Sequence record: OZ262643.1 | DNA: 32,000 bases | Direction: 5' to 3' (one strand) | Part shown: positions 18,056 to 28,942 of the stretch, piece after piece | Position numbering within the stretch: position 1 is the first letter of the stretch | How the letters are laid out: each line of letters opens with the position of its first letter | The notes under the pieces: model-generated | Database searches by the model: none | What the model was told of the DNA's origin: nothing | Seen by the model: the letters and a program-made list of their open reading frames with translations, nothing else | Made by a program: the position numbers and the translations under genes

Positions 18056-20260
18056 TTAGCCAAATTTACCACTTGTTGATGCTATAACAAATGCTGCGTA
18101 TGTTAGTATATAACCTACTGAGAAATGTGCTAAGCCTACTAGTCTTGCTTGTACAATTGATAGTGCTACTGGTTTATCTTTCCATTTAATTAAATTAGCT
18201 AATGGTGTTCTTTCATGTGCCCATGCAAGTGTTTCTATTAATTCTTGCCAGTATCCACGCCAAGAAATTAAGAACATGAATCCAGTAGCCCAAACTAAAT
18301 GTCCAAATAAAAACATCCAAGACCATACGGATAAATTATTCATTCCATAGGGATTATATCCATTAATTAGAGGAGATGAATTGAGCCATAAGTAGTCTCT
18401 TAGCCATCCCATTAAATATGTTGATGATTCATTGAATTGATTAGGGTTTCCTTGCCATATAGTTATATGTTTCCAGTGCCAATAAAATGTAACCCATCCT
18501 ATTGTATTGAGCATCCAAAAAACAGATAGATAGAATGCATCCCATGCTGATATGTCGCATGTACCTCCTCTACCTGGTCCATCACACGGAAAACTATATC
18601 CAAAATCTTTTTTATCTGGCATTAACTTTGATCCTCTAGCATCAAGTGCGCCTTTTACTAATATAAGTGTTGTTGTATGTAATCCTAAGGCAATTGCGTG
18701 ATGTACTAAAAAATCACCTGGTCCTATAGTTAAAAACAATGAATTTTTATTATCATTAATTGCTTCTAGCCACCCGGGCAGCCATATATTAGCTCCAGCT
18801 TGACTCGCAATACTAGATGAAGATGATAGTAGTACATCAAAACCGTATAGAGCTTTCCCTGAACTAGCTTGTATCCATTGTGCAAATACAGGTTCGATTA
18901 ATATTTGTTTCTCTGGTGTACCAAATGCTAGCATGGTATCATTATGTATATATAATCCTAATGTATGAAAACCTAGAAATAAACTGACCCAGCTGAGATG
19001 TGAAATAATTGCTTCTTTATGTTCTAACATTCTACTTAATACATTATTGTTATTTTCTTCTGGATTATAGTCGCGTATAAAAAATATCGCACCGTGCGCA
19101 AATGCTCCGACCATTAAGAATCCTGCAATATACTGGTGGTGAGTATATAGTGCTGCTTCAGTAGTAAAACTCTTTGACATGAATGCATATGGAGGTAAGG
19201 CATACATATGTTGTGCTACTAGAGATGTTACTGTGCCTAATGATCCTAATGCTAGGCCTAGTTGAATATGTAATGAATTATTAATTGTATCAAATAGTCC
19301 TTTGTGTCCTTCACCTAGTTTGCCGCTTGGAGGTTTATGTGCTTCTAATATATCTTTTAGGTTGTGTCCAATACCCCAGTTTGTTTTGTACATATGACCT
19401 GCAATGATGAAAATAACACCTATTGCTAAATGGTGATGTGCCATATCTGTTAGCCATAAAGATTGAGTCTGAGGATGAAAACCACCTAAAAAGCTTAATA
19501 TGGCTGTGCCTGCTCCATCACTTGTCCCAAATACATGGCTTAAGCCATCTGGATTCGAAGCATATTCAAACCATTTTCCTGTGAAAAATGGAGTTAATCC
19601 CATTGGATGTGGCAAAACCTCTATTAAGTTATTCCATCTTACATGTTGACCACGAGATTCTGGTATTGCTACATGTACTAGATGTCCAGTCCATGCTAAT
19701 GAACTAACACCAAATAATCCTGATAAATGATGGTTTAATCTAGATTCATTGTTTTTAAACCATGATAATCCTGGTTTAAATTTTGGTTGTAAGTGTAACC
19801 ATCCTGCAAAGAGCATGATAGCTGATAAAACTAATAAAAATATTGCTCCATTATATAAATCATTATTTGTTCTCATTCCAATTGTGTACCACCAATGGTA
19901 TACTCCGGAGAAAGCTGTATTAACAGGATAGTTGGTACTATTATTAGTGAATGCTTTAATTGCTGGTTGTCCAAAATGTGGATCCCATATAGCATGTGCT
20001 ATCGGTTTGGTTTTTGTTGGGTTTAGAACCCATTCTTCAAAATTACCTTGCCATGCGACATGGAAAAGATTGCCTGATGTCCACAAAAAAATAATTGCGA
20101 TATGCCCAAAATGCGATGCAAATATTTTTTGGTACAGGTTTTCTTCAGTCATTCCATCATGACTTTCAAAGTCGTGTGCAGTTGCTAGACCATACCATAT
20201 TCTTCTTGTTGTAGGATCCTGCGCTAGTCCTTGGCTGAATTTTGGAAATTTTGTTGCCAT
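18056..20260 (-). CDS. psaB: Photosystem I P700 apoprotein A2
   Basis: 734-aa ORF starting [23 protein letters not shown], with the FX-cluster motif [18 protein letters not shown]. Confidence 0.99.
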   Translation of the reverse strand: MATKFPKFSQGLAQDPTTRRIWYGLATAHDFESHDGMTEENLYQKIFASHFGHIAIIFLWTSGNLFHVAWQGNFEEWVLNPTKTKPIAHAIWDPHFGQPAIKAFTNNSTNYPVNTAFSGVYHWWYTIGMRTNNDLYNGAIFLLVLSAIMLFAGWLHLQPKFKPGLSWFKNNESRLNHHLSGLFGVSSLAWTGHLVHVAIPESRGQHVRWNNLIEVLPHPMGLTPFFTGKWFEYASNPDGLSHVFGTSDGAGTAILSFLGGFHPQTQSLWLTDMAHHHLAIGVIFIIAGHMYKTNWGIGHNLKDILEAHKPPSGKLGEGHKGLFDTINNSLHIQLGLALGSLGTVTSLVAQHMYALPPYAFMSKSFTTEAALYTHHQYIAGFLMVGAFAHGAIFFIRDYNPEENNNNVLSRMLEHKEAIISHLSWVSLFLGFHTLGLYIHNDTMLAFGTPEKQILIEPVFAQWIQASSGKALYGFDVLLSSSSSIASQAGANIWLPGWLEAINDNKNSLFLTIGPGDFLVHHAIALGLHTTTLILVKGALDARGSKLMPDKKDFGYSFPCDGPGRGGTCDISAWDAFYLSVFWMLNTIGWVTFYWHWKHITIWQGNPNQFNESSTYLMGWLRDYLWLNSSPLINGYNPYGMNNLSVWSWMFLFGHLVWATGFMFLISWRGYWQELIETLAWAHERTPLANLIKWKDKPVALSIVQARLVGLAHFSVGYILTYAAFVIASTSGKFG

Positions 20261-20273
20261 ATTGTATTTATCC

Positions 20274-22529
20274 TTATCCTAGTGATATTATTCTTGCTAA
20301 GAAAAATGCCCAAGTTGTTCCTATACCTCCTAGTAGGTAATGAGCTAAACCTACGGCTCTTCCTTGTGTGATACTTAGTGCTCTTGGTTGTATAGATGGT
20401 GCTACTTTTACTTTATTATGTGCCCAAACGATTGATTCAATTAATTCTTGCCAATAACCTCTGCCGCTAAATAGAAACATTAGGCTGAAAGCCCATATGA
20501 AATGAGCGCCTAAGAATATTAATCCGTATGCTGATAGTGCTGAACCGTAAGATTGTATAACTTGTGATGCTTGTGCCCAGAGGAAATCTCTTAACCATCC
20601 ATTAATAGTAATTGCACTTTGTGCAAAATTACCACCGGCAATATGTGAAACCTGTGTGTCTGTAACACTTCCCCATACATCTGATTGCATTTTCCAACTG
20701 AAGTGAAAAATTACTACGGATATTGAATTGTACATCCAAAATAGACCTAGAAAAACGTGGTCCCATCCTGATACTTGGCATGTGCCACCTCTTCCAGGTC
20801 CGTCGCAAGGAAAGCGAAATCCTAAATTTGATTTATCTGGAATTAGTCGTGAATTTCTTGCAAATAAGAAACCCTTAACAAGTATTAATACTGTTACATG
20901 TATAGTAAATGCATGTATATGGTGAACCATAAAGTCTGCTGTACCAAGTTTAATAGGCATCATAGCTATTTTATTTGCAATAGCAATAGTGTCTCCTCCA
21001 AATGCGTAACTTGCTGTTGCTAATGAGTTAGGACTAGTATTGCTTGGTGCTAGTGTATGTATATTTTGTATCCATTGCGCAAATATAGGTTGTAATTGTA
21101 TACCTGTGTCTGAAAACATATCTTGTGACCTTCCTAATGCTCTCATTGTATCGTTATGTATATAAAGTCCAAATGAGTGGAAGCCAAGGAAAATACATAG
21201 CCAGTTTAAATGAGAAATAATTGCATCTCTATGTCTAATAATTCTATCTAAAACATTATCATAATTTTGAGCTGGGTTATAATCTCTAACCATGAATATA
21301 GAAGCATGTGCACCAGCTCCTACTACGCAAAATCCACCTATCCACATATGGTGAGTAAATAAAGATAGTTGTGTTGCATAATCTGTGGCAATATAAGGAT
21401 AAGGTGGCATTGCATACATATGGTGAGCTACTATAATACTTAAAGATCCTATCATTGCTAGGTTAATAGCAAGTTGTGCATGCCAAGAAGTTGTTAAAAT
21501 TTCATATAGACCCTTATGACCTTCTCCAGTAAATGGTCCTTTATGTGCTTCTAGAATTTCTTTCATGCTATGACCAATTCCCCAATTCGTTCTATACATG
21601 TGTCCAGCTACTAAAAAGAGTACAGATAATGCTAAATGGTGATGTGCAATATCACTAAGCCATAAGCCACCATTAATTGGGTTTAGTCCACCTTTAAACG
21701 TTAAAAAGTCTGAATATTCATTCCAGTTGAGAGTAAAAAATGGAAGTATGCCTTTGTTAAAGCTTGGATATAGTTCACTCATTAAATTTCGATTAACAAG
21801 AAACTCGTGTGGTAATGGTATTTCTTGTGGTGAAACGCCTGAGTCAAGTAATTTATTGATAGGTAGTGCTATATGTATTTGATGACCTGACCATCCAAGA
21901 CAACCTAATCCTAGTAGACCTGCAAGATGGTGATTCATCATAGATTCTACATTTTGGAACCATTCTAGTTTAGGTGCTGATTTATGATAGTGAAACCATC
22001 CAGCAAAAACCATTAAGAGAGACATGAATAGTCCACCAATAGCTGTAGCATATAGCTCAAATTCTGTTGTAATGCCTGATGATCTCCAGAGTTGAAAAAA
22101 ACCTGATGTAATTTGTACTCCCTGAAATCCTCCACCTACATCTGCATTTAAAATTTCTTGTCCAACAATAGGCCATACAACTTGTGCACTTGGTTTAATT
22201 ATTGTCGGGTTATTTAACCAAGCTACATAATTAGAAAATCTAGCTCCATGAAAGTACATGCCACTTAGCCATAAAAAAATAATAGCTAGTTGTCCAAAAT
22301 GTGCACTGAAAATCTTTCTTGAGATATCTTCTAGCGAATTTGTATGACTATCAAAGTCGTGTGCATCTGCATGTAGGTTCCATATCCAAGTGGTTGTATT
22401 TGGCCCTTTTGCTAGTGTTCTTGAAAAATGCCCAGGCTTTGCCCATTTTTCAAAAGATGTGGTTACTGGATTCTTATCCACACTAACTTTGACTTTACGC
22501 GTCTCTTGCTCTTTTGAGCTAGTTGTCAT
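20274..22529 (-). CDS. psaA: Photosystem I P700 apoprotein A1
   Basis: 751-aa ORF with [36 protein letters not shown] and the FX motif [19 protein letters not shown] 13-nt spacer separates it from psaB. GGAG lies upstream of the ATG. Confidence 0.99.
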   Translation of the reverse strand: MTTSSKEQETRKVKVSVDKNPVTTSFEKWAKPGHFSRTLAKGPNTTTWIWNLHADAHDFDSHTNSLEDISRKIFSAHFGQLAIIFLWLSGMYFHGARFSNYVAWLNNPTIIKPSAQVVWPIVGQEILNADVGGGFQGVQITSGFFQLWRSSGITTEFELYATAIGGLFMSLLMVFAGWFHYHKSAPKLEWFQNVESMMNHHLAGLLGLGCLGWSGHQIHIALPINKLLDSGVSPQEIPLPHEFLVNRNLMSELYPSFNKGILPFFTLNWNEYSDFLTFKGGLNPINGGLWLSDIAHHHLALSVLFLVAGHMYRTNWGIGHSMKEILEAHKGPFTGEGHKGLYEILTTSWHAQLAINLAMIGSLSIIVAHHMYAMPPYPYIATDYATQLSLFTHHMWIGGFCVVGAGAHASIFMVRDYNPAQNYDNVLDRIIRHRDAIISHLNWLCIFLGFHSFGLYIHNDTMRALGRSQDMFSDTGIQLQPIFAQWIQNIHTLAPSNTSPNSLATASYAFGGDTIAIANKIAMMPIKLGTADFMVHHIHAFTIHVTVLILVKGFLFARNSRLIPDKSNLGFRFPCDGPGRGGTCQVSGWDHVFLGLFWMYNSISVVIFHFSWKMQSDVWGSVTDTQVSHIAGGNFAQSAITINGWLRDFLWAQASQVIQSYGSALSAYGLIFLGAHFIWAFSLMFLFSGRGYWQELIESIVWAHNKVKVAPSIQPRALSITQGRAVGLAHYLLGGIGTTWAFFLARIISLG

Positions 22530-22643
22530 TGAGATTCTCCTCTCTGTATTTTATTTGTTAAATGATACAGTCAATAAAACACTCGCATATTGAAATATTC
22601 TAAGATGCAGTTTTGTATATCTGAATCAATTGTGCCTATTGAT

Positions 22644-22662
22644 ATCCTATTCTTAATAGGAT
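22644..22662 (-). terminator. Short stem-loop in accB-psaA spacer
   Basis: Perfect 8-bp inverted repeat ATCCTATT (22644-22651) / AATAGGAT (22655-22662) with a 3-nt loop. It lies about 90 nt downstream of the accB stop and about 115 nt upstream of the psaA ATG. Confidence 0.35.
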
Positions 22663-22750
22663 GCAAGTTTTTACTGTTTTATAATACTATTATAGTGTTA
22701 TTCATTATACTTATTGTAATCTGTTAACAATATTTAAAATGTAATTCTTT

Positions 22751-23260
22751 TTATACTGCTTTAACTTTCATTAATGCTTGTCCACAGTCTACTATATCTC
22801 CATCTTTAACTAAGATTTCAACTATCTCTCCTTGAACTTCTGCCTCTATTTCATTCATCAATTTCATTGCTTCTATAATACAAACTGTTTGTTTTGTTTT
22901 GACTACACTACTAACTTCTATAAATGGTTCTTCATTTGGAGCAGGTGATCTATAAAAAGTTCCAACCATAGGTGAAACTATGGTAGAATATGTTATTGAT
23001 TGATCAACTATTTTTGTTTTAAGCTCATTATCTTGAATTAATGGTTCCTTAATTTTTTCTATACTTAGATTTCTTTGTTCCTGTTTATTTTTTATTTTCT
23101 GATTTTCTTTCTGTGATTTTGAGTACTTATTAATACTAAAAGATTGTCTTTTTTTCTTGTTGATTACTAATTTTGTCTGTACATATTCAATTCTTAGTTG
23201 TTCAATACTCTTACGTTTTATAGAATTGATTAAAGTCTTTATATTGTTTAAACTTTGCAT
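22751..23260 (-). CDS. accB: Biotin carboxyl carrier protein of acetyl-CoA carboxylase
   Basis: 169-aa ORF. The C-terminal lipoyl/biotinyl domain has SPMVGTFYRSPAP...C.IEAMKLMNEIEA...G.IV.ILV.DG..V..GQ.L, including the biotinyl-Lys motif EAMKLMN. Confidence 0.9.
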   Translation of the reverse strand: MQSLNNIKTLINSIKRKSIEQLRIEYVQTKLVINKKKRQSFSINKYSKSQKENQKIKNKQEQRNLSIEKIKEPLIQDNELKTKIVDQSITYSTIVSPMVGTFYRSPAPNEEPFIEVSSVVKTKQTVCIIEAMKLMNEIEAEVQGEIVEILVKDGDIVDCGQALMKVKAV

Positions 23261-23302
23261 AATATATGTTATATTGATAATAATTATAAATATTAATATT
23301 TT

Positions 23303-23485
23303 TTATTTTACCTCATATTTTAACATCCATATTCGTTTCTTGTCAGGCAATTCAATAATTGGAGTTTTGTACGTACTGCAAATTTTTTTGTAGCCAACCA
23401 AAAATTTTCGAGTGTATAAGAAAAAAATTGTTTTATTTTTAACTTTAAATGGTATTTTATTTATTGTAATAATTTGTTTATTCAT
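23303..23485 (-). CDS. Hypothetical basic protein (orf60), no family recognised
   Basis: ATG-initiated 60-codon ORF on the same strand as accB, ending 42 nt upstream of it. A stop-free run of this length in stop-rich AT-rich spacer is unlikely by chance. I recognise no motif and see no clear SD. Confidence 0.35.
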   Translation of the reverse strand: MNKQIITINKIPFKVKNKTIFFLYTRKFLVGYKKICSTYKTPIIELPDKKRIWMLKYEVK

Positions 23486-23586
23486 TATTTGAAAAAATTA
23501 TTCTGTTAATATATTCTGTAATATGTCATTATGGTTACAATATATTTATTGTAGTGTATTGTACAATTATTTTTCTATTTTATATA

Positions 23587-25290
23587 ATGTTGATAGCAGA
23601 TGATTTAGATAAACTATTAGATATCTTACCTGATCTTGTAAAAAATCCTCTTAATAACCATCCAGGTAAAAAATTCTTAATAGAGATTGTTATGGATCTA
23701 GGTAAAAGACCTGAAGCAAGGTTTCCTCAGGGCCCTGAATATTTATCTCCTGTCAATATATCCTGGCATGATTTAGATTATTGTATAAGAAAAATACCTA
23801 ATTTTAGTGGTGACAATAGATCTGGAATTGAGTCTACACTGCATAGAATTAGTTCAATAAAAAATAGAAAAGGACATATTGTTGGCCTAACTTGTAGAGT
23901 TGGTCGTGCTATATTTGGTACAGCTAGTATGATTAGAGATCTGCTTTATAATGGTCAATCTATCCTTTTACTTGGCAAACCTGGGGTTGGTAAAACTACT
24001 GCTATAAGAGAAATTACTAGAGTTTTATCTGATGAAATGGAAAAAAGGGTTGTGATTATTGATACTTCTAATGAAATAGCTGGTGATGGTGATATACCTC
24101 ATCCTGCGATAGGAAGAGCTCGTAGAATGCAGGTAAGTAAACCAGAACTCCAGCATAAAGTCATGATCGAGGCTGTTGAAAATCATATGCCTGAAGTTAT
24201 TATTATAGATGAAATTGGTACTGAGCTAGAAGTCTTAGCAGCTAGAACTATCGCTGAGAGAGGAGTTCAGTTAGTTGGTACAGCTCATGGCAATTATTTA
24301 GAAAGTATAATTAAAAATCCTACTCTTTCAGATATTACAGGTGGAGTAGAGTATGTAACCTTAGGTGACGATGAAGCTAAAAGAAGAGGATCTCAAAAAA
24401 GTATCTTAGAAAGAAAAACAGTACCAGCTTTTCAAGTTGCAATTGAGATTCATCAACGTAATCTTTGGATTATCCATGAAAAAGTAGATCGTTTTGTTGA
24501 CTTAATACTACAAGGATCAACCGTATCTTTGGAACGTCGTCAATTAAATGTTGATGGTTCTGTATCTATTAATATTGAAAGTTCAAATTCTTCAGAATTT
24601 TTTTCCCATAATAATTTAAGTTCTTATGCAACTAATAGATCAAAATCACCTAATCTATCCAATGTTCATAGCGGTAATAATGAAAATAATAGCAAGATGT
24701 TACAATCATTGAGAAGTAGCAATGTTGCTGTTAGCAGCAGATATAATCACTTTTATAACTTTACTGATAATTCGGTAATTGATTCTAGTTTTTCATCGTC
24801 AATTAAATTATATGTTTATGGTATCAATGTTCATCAGATAGAAAATACCATAAAATCGTTAAATTTATCTATAATCTTAACTAGGGATATTTTGAAGGCG
24901 GATTATATTTTGGCTCTTAGGTCACATATTAAGCAAAATAGTAAGATACGTGAAGTTGCTAAATCTAGACATATAATAATCTATACAATTCATAATAATA
25001 ATATTAATAATATTATTAGAGCTTTAAAACAAGTTATGCGTTGTATTGTATTATCTTATTTTGATTGGAAGAGTTTTTGTTTGCATAAAAATTCTCATGA
25101 ACTAGTTGCTTTGTGTGAAGTTAGGTATGCTATAGAAAAAATAGTTTTAGTGTATAAACAGTCTGTGCAGTTATTAGATCAAGATCACAAATTAAGAAAT
25201 TTACAGTGTAAATTAGTTAATATGTATAATTTAAGATATTCTGTTATCGATGTGAATTTTTATACAAGACTAGTCATTCATCCTTCTTAA
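23587..25290 (+). CDS. ycf45: Ycf45-type P-loop ATPase (SpoIIIAA-like N-terminal domain)
   Basis: Walker A LLLGKPGVGKTT and Walker B VIIIDEIG, followed by LVGTAHG. The ORF-track start is a GTG at 23554. I prefer the ATG at 23587 (MLIADDLDKLLDILP). A long Ser/Asn-rich linker follows, then a C-terminal domain. Confidence 0.8.
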   Translation: MLIADDLDKLLDILPDLVKNPLNNHPGKKFLIEIVMDLGKRPEARFPQGPEYLSPVNISWHDLDYCIRKIPNFSGDNRSGIESTLHRISSIKNRKGHIVGLTCRVGRAIFGTASMIRDLLYNGQSILLLGKPGVGKTTAIREITRVLSDEMEKRVVIIDTSNEIAGDGDIPHPAIGRARRMQVSKPELQHKVMIEAVENHMPEVIIIDEIGTELEVLAARTIAERGVQLVGTAHGNYLESIIKNPTLSDITGGVEYVTLGDDEAKRRGSQKSILERKTVPAFQVAIEIHQRNLWIIHEKVDRFVDLILQGSTVSLERRQLNVDGSVSINIESSNSSEFFSHNNLSSYATNRSKSPNLSNVHSGNNENNSKMLQSLRSSNVAVSSRYNHFYNFTDNSVIDSSFSSSIKLYVYGINVHQIENTIKSLNLSIILTRDILKADYILALRSHIKQNSKIREVAKSRHIIIYTIHNNNINNIIRALKQVMRCIVLSYFDWKSFCLHKNSHELVALCEVRYAIEKIVLVYKQSVQLLDQDHKLRNLQCKLVNMYNLRYSVIDVNFYTRLVIHPS

Positions 25291-25343
25291 AATACTTCTT
25301 GGTTTATTTCTAGACTTTTATTTTTTATTGTATAGATACAGGT

Positions 25344-25371
25344 TTTAGAAATCATTTATATTATTTATAAT
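25344..25371 (+). promoter_or_regulatory. Weak candidate promoter for acpP
   Basis: TTTAGA (25344-25349), 16 nt, perfect TATAAT (25366-25371). It sits only 19 nt before the acpP ATG, which would leave a very short leader. Confidence 0.25.
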
Positions 25372-25390
25372 TCGTATTGAAGGATTTTTT

Positions 25391-25651
25391 ATGTCACCCC
25401 AAGAAACTGATTTAAATATTTTTGAAAAAGTTAGAGATATTGTTTCTCTTCAGCTAGGTGTTGATAAACAGTTAGTTACTTTAGAAGCTAATTTTGCTAA
25501 TGATTTAGGTGCTGACTCTTTAGATACAGTTGAACTAGTCATGGCTATTGAAGAAGAATTTAATATAGAAATTCCTGATGAAGATGCTGAGAAAATAGCT
25601 ACACTAAACCAAGCTGTAAAATTTATTGAACAGGCAGTAAATATTACTTAA
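25391..25651 (+). CDS. acpP: Acyl carrier protein
   Basis: 86-aa ORF with the phosphopantetheine site [24 protein letters not shown] lies upstream. Confidence 0.95.
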   Translation: MSPQETDLNIFEKVRDIVSLQLGVDKQLVTLEANFANDLGADSLDTVELVMAIEEEFNIEIPDEDAEKIATLNQAVKFIEQAVNIT

Positions 25652-25690
25652 GATATATTTGCAATTTAATAGTTGTATTCAATACATTGA

Positions 25691-25776
25691 CGGAGAGGGT
25701 GGGATTCGAACCCACGGAACTTTTCAGTTCATCTGATTTCAAATCAGACGCAATAAACCAACTCTACCACCTCTCC
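25691..25776 (-). tRNA. trnS: tRNA-Ser (anticodon UGA)
   Basis: The minus-strand read is GGAGAGGTGGTAGAGTTGGTTTATTGCGTCTGATTTGAAATCAGATGAACTGAAAAGTTCCGTGGGTTCGAATCCCACCCTCTCCG. It has acceptor GGAGAGG/CCTCTCC, anticodon stem TCTGA/TCAGA with loop TTTGAAA, a long variable arm and a GGTTCGAATCC T-loop. Confidence 0.88.
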
Positions 25777-25856
25777 TAGATTGTAGCTAGATACACAGAT
25801 AAATATAGCAAAAAAAGACTATTACTACAAATGTTTAGTTTATAGTCTTAAAGTTG

Positions 25857-26282
25857 TTATTCGTATGTTGCTTGTCCTGTAAATTTTTTGTTTACAGGGT
25901 TATCATTTTTTCCGATATTATGTGAAATATTGCCAACGCTTATCCTTCCTTCGTTACATTTTTCAGGAAATACACCATCCTTAGGGTGTAAATATTGTAC
26001 TTCTCCATTAGGAAAAATTCTGTAAATTTTGAAATTAGTGATTTTAAATTTATTTTTTAATTGTGTGCCTAGTGCTAAACATTGTTCTTTTTTCGCTAAA
26101 TACAATAGGTTGTCACCTTCTGCCATGATTGCTGAACCCCCTGTTGGCATTTCAAAAATATTCTTTGCTTTGCTATTCCATGTAATGGCGTATTTTTCTT
26201 CTACTTCAGCTGATCTTAACCATCCGCCTGTACTGCCACCGAAAGTTGGTGATGGCATCGTAAAATTAATTGTATTATTCAT
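25857..26282 (-). CDS. psaD: Photosystem I subunit II PsaD
   Basis: 141-aa ORF with [22 protein letters not shown]...[29 protein letters not shown]...[12 protein letters not shown]. Confidence 0.93.
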   Translation of the reverse strand: MNNTINFTMPSPTFGGSTGGWLRSAEVEEKYAITWNSKAKNIFEMPTGGSAIMAEGDNLLYLAKKEQCLALGTQLKNKFKITNFKIYRIFPNGEVQYLHPKDGVFPEKCNEGRISVGNISHNIGKNDNPVNKKFTGQATYE

Positions 26283-26402
26283 TGAGTTCTAATATTTTAT
26301 ATTTCTAAATTTAGACTATATATTAATAATTTATTTATATATTTTAACTAAAAAAAATAAAGCTTAATATTTAAGTGTGTGATGATATAATGTATCATTA
26401 TA

Positions 26403-27452
26403 TTATTTAACTGTGTTATTTACCGTAGATGACTCTACTGGCTTAATTAAATATATCTTTATTAGATTTAAAATTAATATACTTGATAGTTGAATATTTT
26501 GTAATAATTTAATAATAAAGTTTATATTTTTTTTATTAACTTCAATTAACATCTTATTTTTTGATGCACATATGTCAAGATATTGGAAAAACTCTGGTTT
26601 ATCTATATTTAATGCTATAGGAAAAATTCTAGAGGCACTTTCATTGGTCTTTCTTATAACTTGCATATCATATTGTCTTGCATCTAGTCCAATTGATTCA
26701 TAAAAATTTGATCTCTGAAAATCATTTAGATACATTGTTGCAAATACACTAACTAGAAAAAATCTACACCATAATTTAGACTTTGTATTATTCAAAAATT
26801 GTGGTTGAGATTTTAGTAATGCAGCAAAAAAATCTCCATGTCTATTTTCATCTTGACACCAGTTTTCAAAAAATTTGAAGATAGGGTATATCCGATGTTC
26901 AGGATGTTTTTCTAAATGTCTATATATTGTTATATATCGCCAGTATCCAATTTTTTCTGATAAATATGTAGCATAAAAAATAAATTTAGGAGCAAAAAAA
27001 GTATATTTTCTACTTTTAGTTAAGAATCCTAGGTCTAGTGAAAGGTTAAAGTCTCCTATCGCTTTATTTAAAAAACCTGCATGTCTTGCTTCATCCCTCG
27101 ACATTAATAAAAAACATTCTGCTAAAATTGGATTACTCTTTTCTAATCTTCTCGATAGTTCTTTGTATAATAAAAAACCTGAAAATTCAGCAGTGCAGGA
27201 TCTTTCAAGGAATTCTATGAATAAAGCTTTTGTATTATCGTTTAAGTTATGCCATGAACGATTAAATTCTTCGTCTCTGATGAAGTGTTTTTTATTATAA
27301 TCTGCTCTAAATTCTTTTAATAATGCTTCAAATTCTTCTGTATTCAAAGAGATATCTAATTGTGCCATTTCATTGAAATCAGTTGTATAGAATCTAGGTG
27401 TTAATAAGGTTTCTTTGTTATTATGATCTGTTGTTTTTGCAGTAGTTTGCAT
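26403..27452 (-). CDS. acsF: Mg-protoporphyrin IX monomethyl ester oxidative cyclase (aerobic)
   Basis: 349-aa ORF with [11 protein letters not shown] and the two di-iron E-x-x-H motifs (DEARHAGF and DENRHGDFF). Confidence 0.93.
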   Translation of the reverse strand: MQTTAKTTDHNNKETLLTPRFYTTDFNEMAQLDISLNTEEFEALLKEFRADYNKKHFIRDEEFNRSWHNLNDNTKALFIEFLERSCTAEFSGFLLYKELSRRLEKSNPILAECFLLMSRDEARHAGFLNKAIGDFNLSLDLGFLTKSRKYTFFAPKFIFYATYLSEKIGYWRYITIYRHLEKHPEHRIYPIFKFFENWCQDENRHGDFFAALLKSQPQFLNNTKSKLWCRFFLVSVFATMYLNDFQRSNFYESIGLDARQYDMQVIRKTNESASRIFPIALNIDKPEFFQYLDICASKNKMLIEVNKKNINFIIKLLQNIQLSSILILNLIKIYLIKPVESSTVNNTVK

Positions 27453-27640
27453 AATCTATTTATAAGTTATTATTTTATGTAGATTTAGTTAATTATTTGT
27501 ATACTAACGTTAAGTACTAAAGTAGTATGGCATAATTTTAAAAAATTTACATTTCTTTAATCTTCTATAGTATTATTTTTTAAAATTTATTGTATTACTA
27601 TAATAAAGCTAATTATATTTTCTTTATGGAGGTAATGTTA

Positions 27641-27730
27641 ATGGATATTATTAGTCTTGGCTGGGGATCTTTACTTGCTATTTTCACTTTCTCAATTGCT
27701 TTAGTGGTTTGGGGAAGAAACGGTTTTTAA
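27641..27730 (+). CDS. petN: Cytochrome b6f subunit 8 PetN
   Basis: Not in the ORF track. My translation is [29 protein letters not shown] (29 aa), a canonical PetN. GGAGG lies at 27628-27632, 8 nt upstream. Confidence 0.88.
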   Translation: MDIISLGWGSLLAIFTFSIALVVWGRNGF

Positions 27731-27749
27731 TTTAAATAAGGATTATTTT

Positions 27750-27848
27750 ATGTTATCAGAAATCTTTTCTACTGCTATAATTAGTTCAGTCACGATTATT
27801 ATTGGTTTAGTTTTAGGTTTTGTGCTTTTAAAAATACAAGGTGACTAA
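27750..27848 (+). CDS. petM: Cytochrome b6f subunit 7 PetM (ycf31)
   Basis: Not in the ORF track. My translation is MLSEIFSTAIISSVTIIIGLVLGFVLLKIQGD (32 aa). It has the PetM-like pattern EI......GL.LGF.LLKIQG and lies 19 nt after petN. Confidence 0.8.
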   Translation: MLSEIFSTAIISSVTIIIGLVLGFVLLKIQGD

Positions 27849-27933
27849 TATTATTAACTCTTTAGTTTTGCTTAATGTTATTATATTTTTTGGTTTTTAA
27901 AGATACAAAAAATCAATTATTTTAAATATATAG

Positions 27934-27963
27934 TTGATTTTCTGTATTAATATTTTATATAAG
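27934..27963 (+). promoter_or_regulatory. Weak candidate promoter for secG-ycf36
   Basis: TTGATT (27934-27939), 18 nt, TATAAG (27958-27963), 40-70 nt upstream of the two possible secG starts. Confidence 0.25.
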
Positions 27964-28033
27964 TAATCTATATTGTATCACAGCAGATATTATTAAGGAT
28001 TATATGTGTGCCTCTTTTAGGCTTCTATTTTTT

Positions 28034-28243
28034 ATGACTAAATTAATTTTTTATTTCGTTAGTGTATTAACTGTTTTCTTAATACTTATTGTTAGTCCTA
28101 GCAAAAATAGTACAGCTAGCTTTGGTGACCAAAGTAAGTTATTGAATTCTAGTTATAATCAGATTATAATGCAAAGAATCATAGGTATAAGTGTCTTTAT
28201 TTTTTTTGTCCTAATAGTGATTGTACTATTTCAGGTTACCTAA
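28034..28243 (+). CDS. secG: Probable preprotein translocase subunit SecG (ycf47)
   Basis: Small two-helix protein: hydrophobic helix, then SPSKNSTASFGDQSKLL, then a second helix. This resembles plastid SecG/ycf47 from memory. The start is ambiguous between the ATGs at 28004 and 28034. Confidence 0.55.
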   Translation: MTKLIFYFVSVLTVFLILIVSPSKNSTASFGDQSKLLNSSYNQIIMQRIIGISVFIFFVLIVIVLFQVT

Positions 28244-28289
28244 AACAATATAGTTATCTTTTATCAATTGTATTAATTAAGTTATTTCT

Positions 28290-28784
28290 ATGACTATGTA
28301 TAAAAACAATTGTCCTGTACCATTTGATCAGCAGCCTCTCAATGAATATTTATCTTTAAAAAAATCTTTTCTTTTCTCTTGGTCGTTATCAAGGATGAAG
28401 ACTTTTTTGTATGGTTGTTTTGTAATGCTTGTTATCACCCTTATTATTATGAGTTTTTTATTGTTTCCATTTACTTATAAATATAATATATGGAGGATAT
28501 TGTTAATTAATTTGCTTATATCCACTATTGTGTTATTATTTGTATTTACCAGATTATATCTGGGATGGTCTTATGTGGTCAAGAGATTATTGAGTGCAAC
28601 TATTTTTTATGAAGAATCTGGTTGGTATGATGGTCAAGTATGGGTTAAAACTTCCGATTATTTAATACAAGATCGTTTGGTTGGATTTTATCAAGTAATG
28701 CCTTATATTGTAAGAATTAAATCTGCTTGTTTTATATTAATAGTAACAGTTTTATTGTTCTTAATTTGTTACAAACTACTTTGA
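28290..28784 (+). CDS. ycf36: Ycf36 (DUF1230 family) membrane protein
   Basis: 164-aa ORF with N-terminal CPVPFDQQPLNEYLSLKKSFLFSW followed by two hydrophobic helices and a ...YEESGWYDGQ.W.K... segment. This is a typical ycf36. Confidence 0.7.
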   Translation: MTMYKNNCPVPFDQQPLNEYLSLKKSFLFSWSLSRMKTFLYGCFVMLVITLIIMSFLLFPFTYKYNIWRILLINLLISTIVLLFVFTRLYLGWSYVVKRLLSATIFYEESGWYDGQVWVKTSDYLIQDRLVGFYQVMPYIVRIKSACFILIVTVLLFLICYKLL

Positions 28785-28816
28785 ATTAAACTCCTTTTGT
28801 TGTACAATATGTAAGT

Positions 28817-28890
<74 letters not shown>

Positions 28891-28942
28891 TTTTATAATA
28901 TAGATGATTAATAATATAAATAAATTTTTATATTTGTAGTCT

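Noticed and set aside
18056-22529. Similar nucleotide and protein stretches recurring between 18056-20260 and 20274-22529. An example is the [12 protein letters not shown]-coding segment near 18560-18600 and again near 20790-20830.
   Set aside because: This is the ancient psaA/psaB paralogy, not a repeat element or a recent duplication.
27626-27640. In-frame upstream ATG for petN ([10 protein letters not shown]...)
   Set aside because: Canonical PetN begins MDI(I/V)S. The upstream codons contain the GGAGG Shine-Dalgarno sequence, which is correctly spaced for the ATG at 27641.
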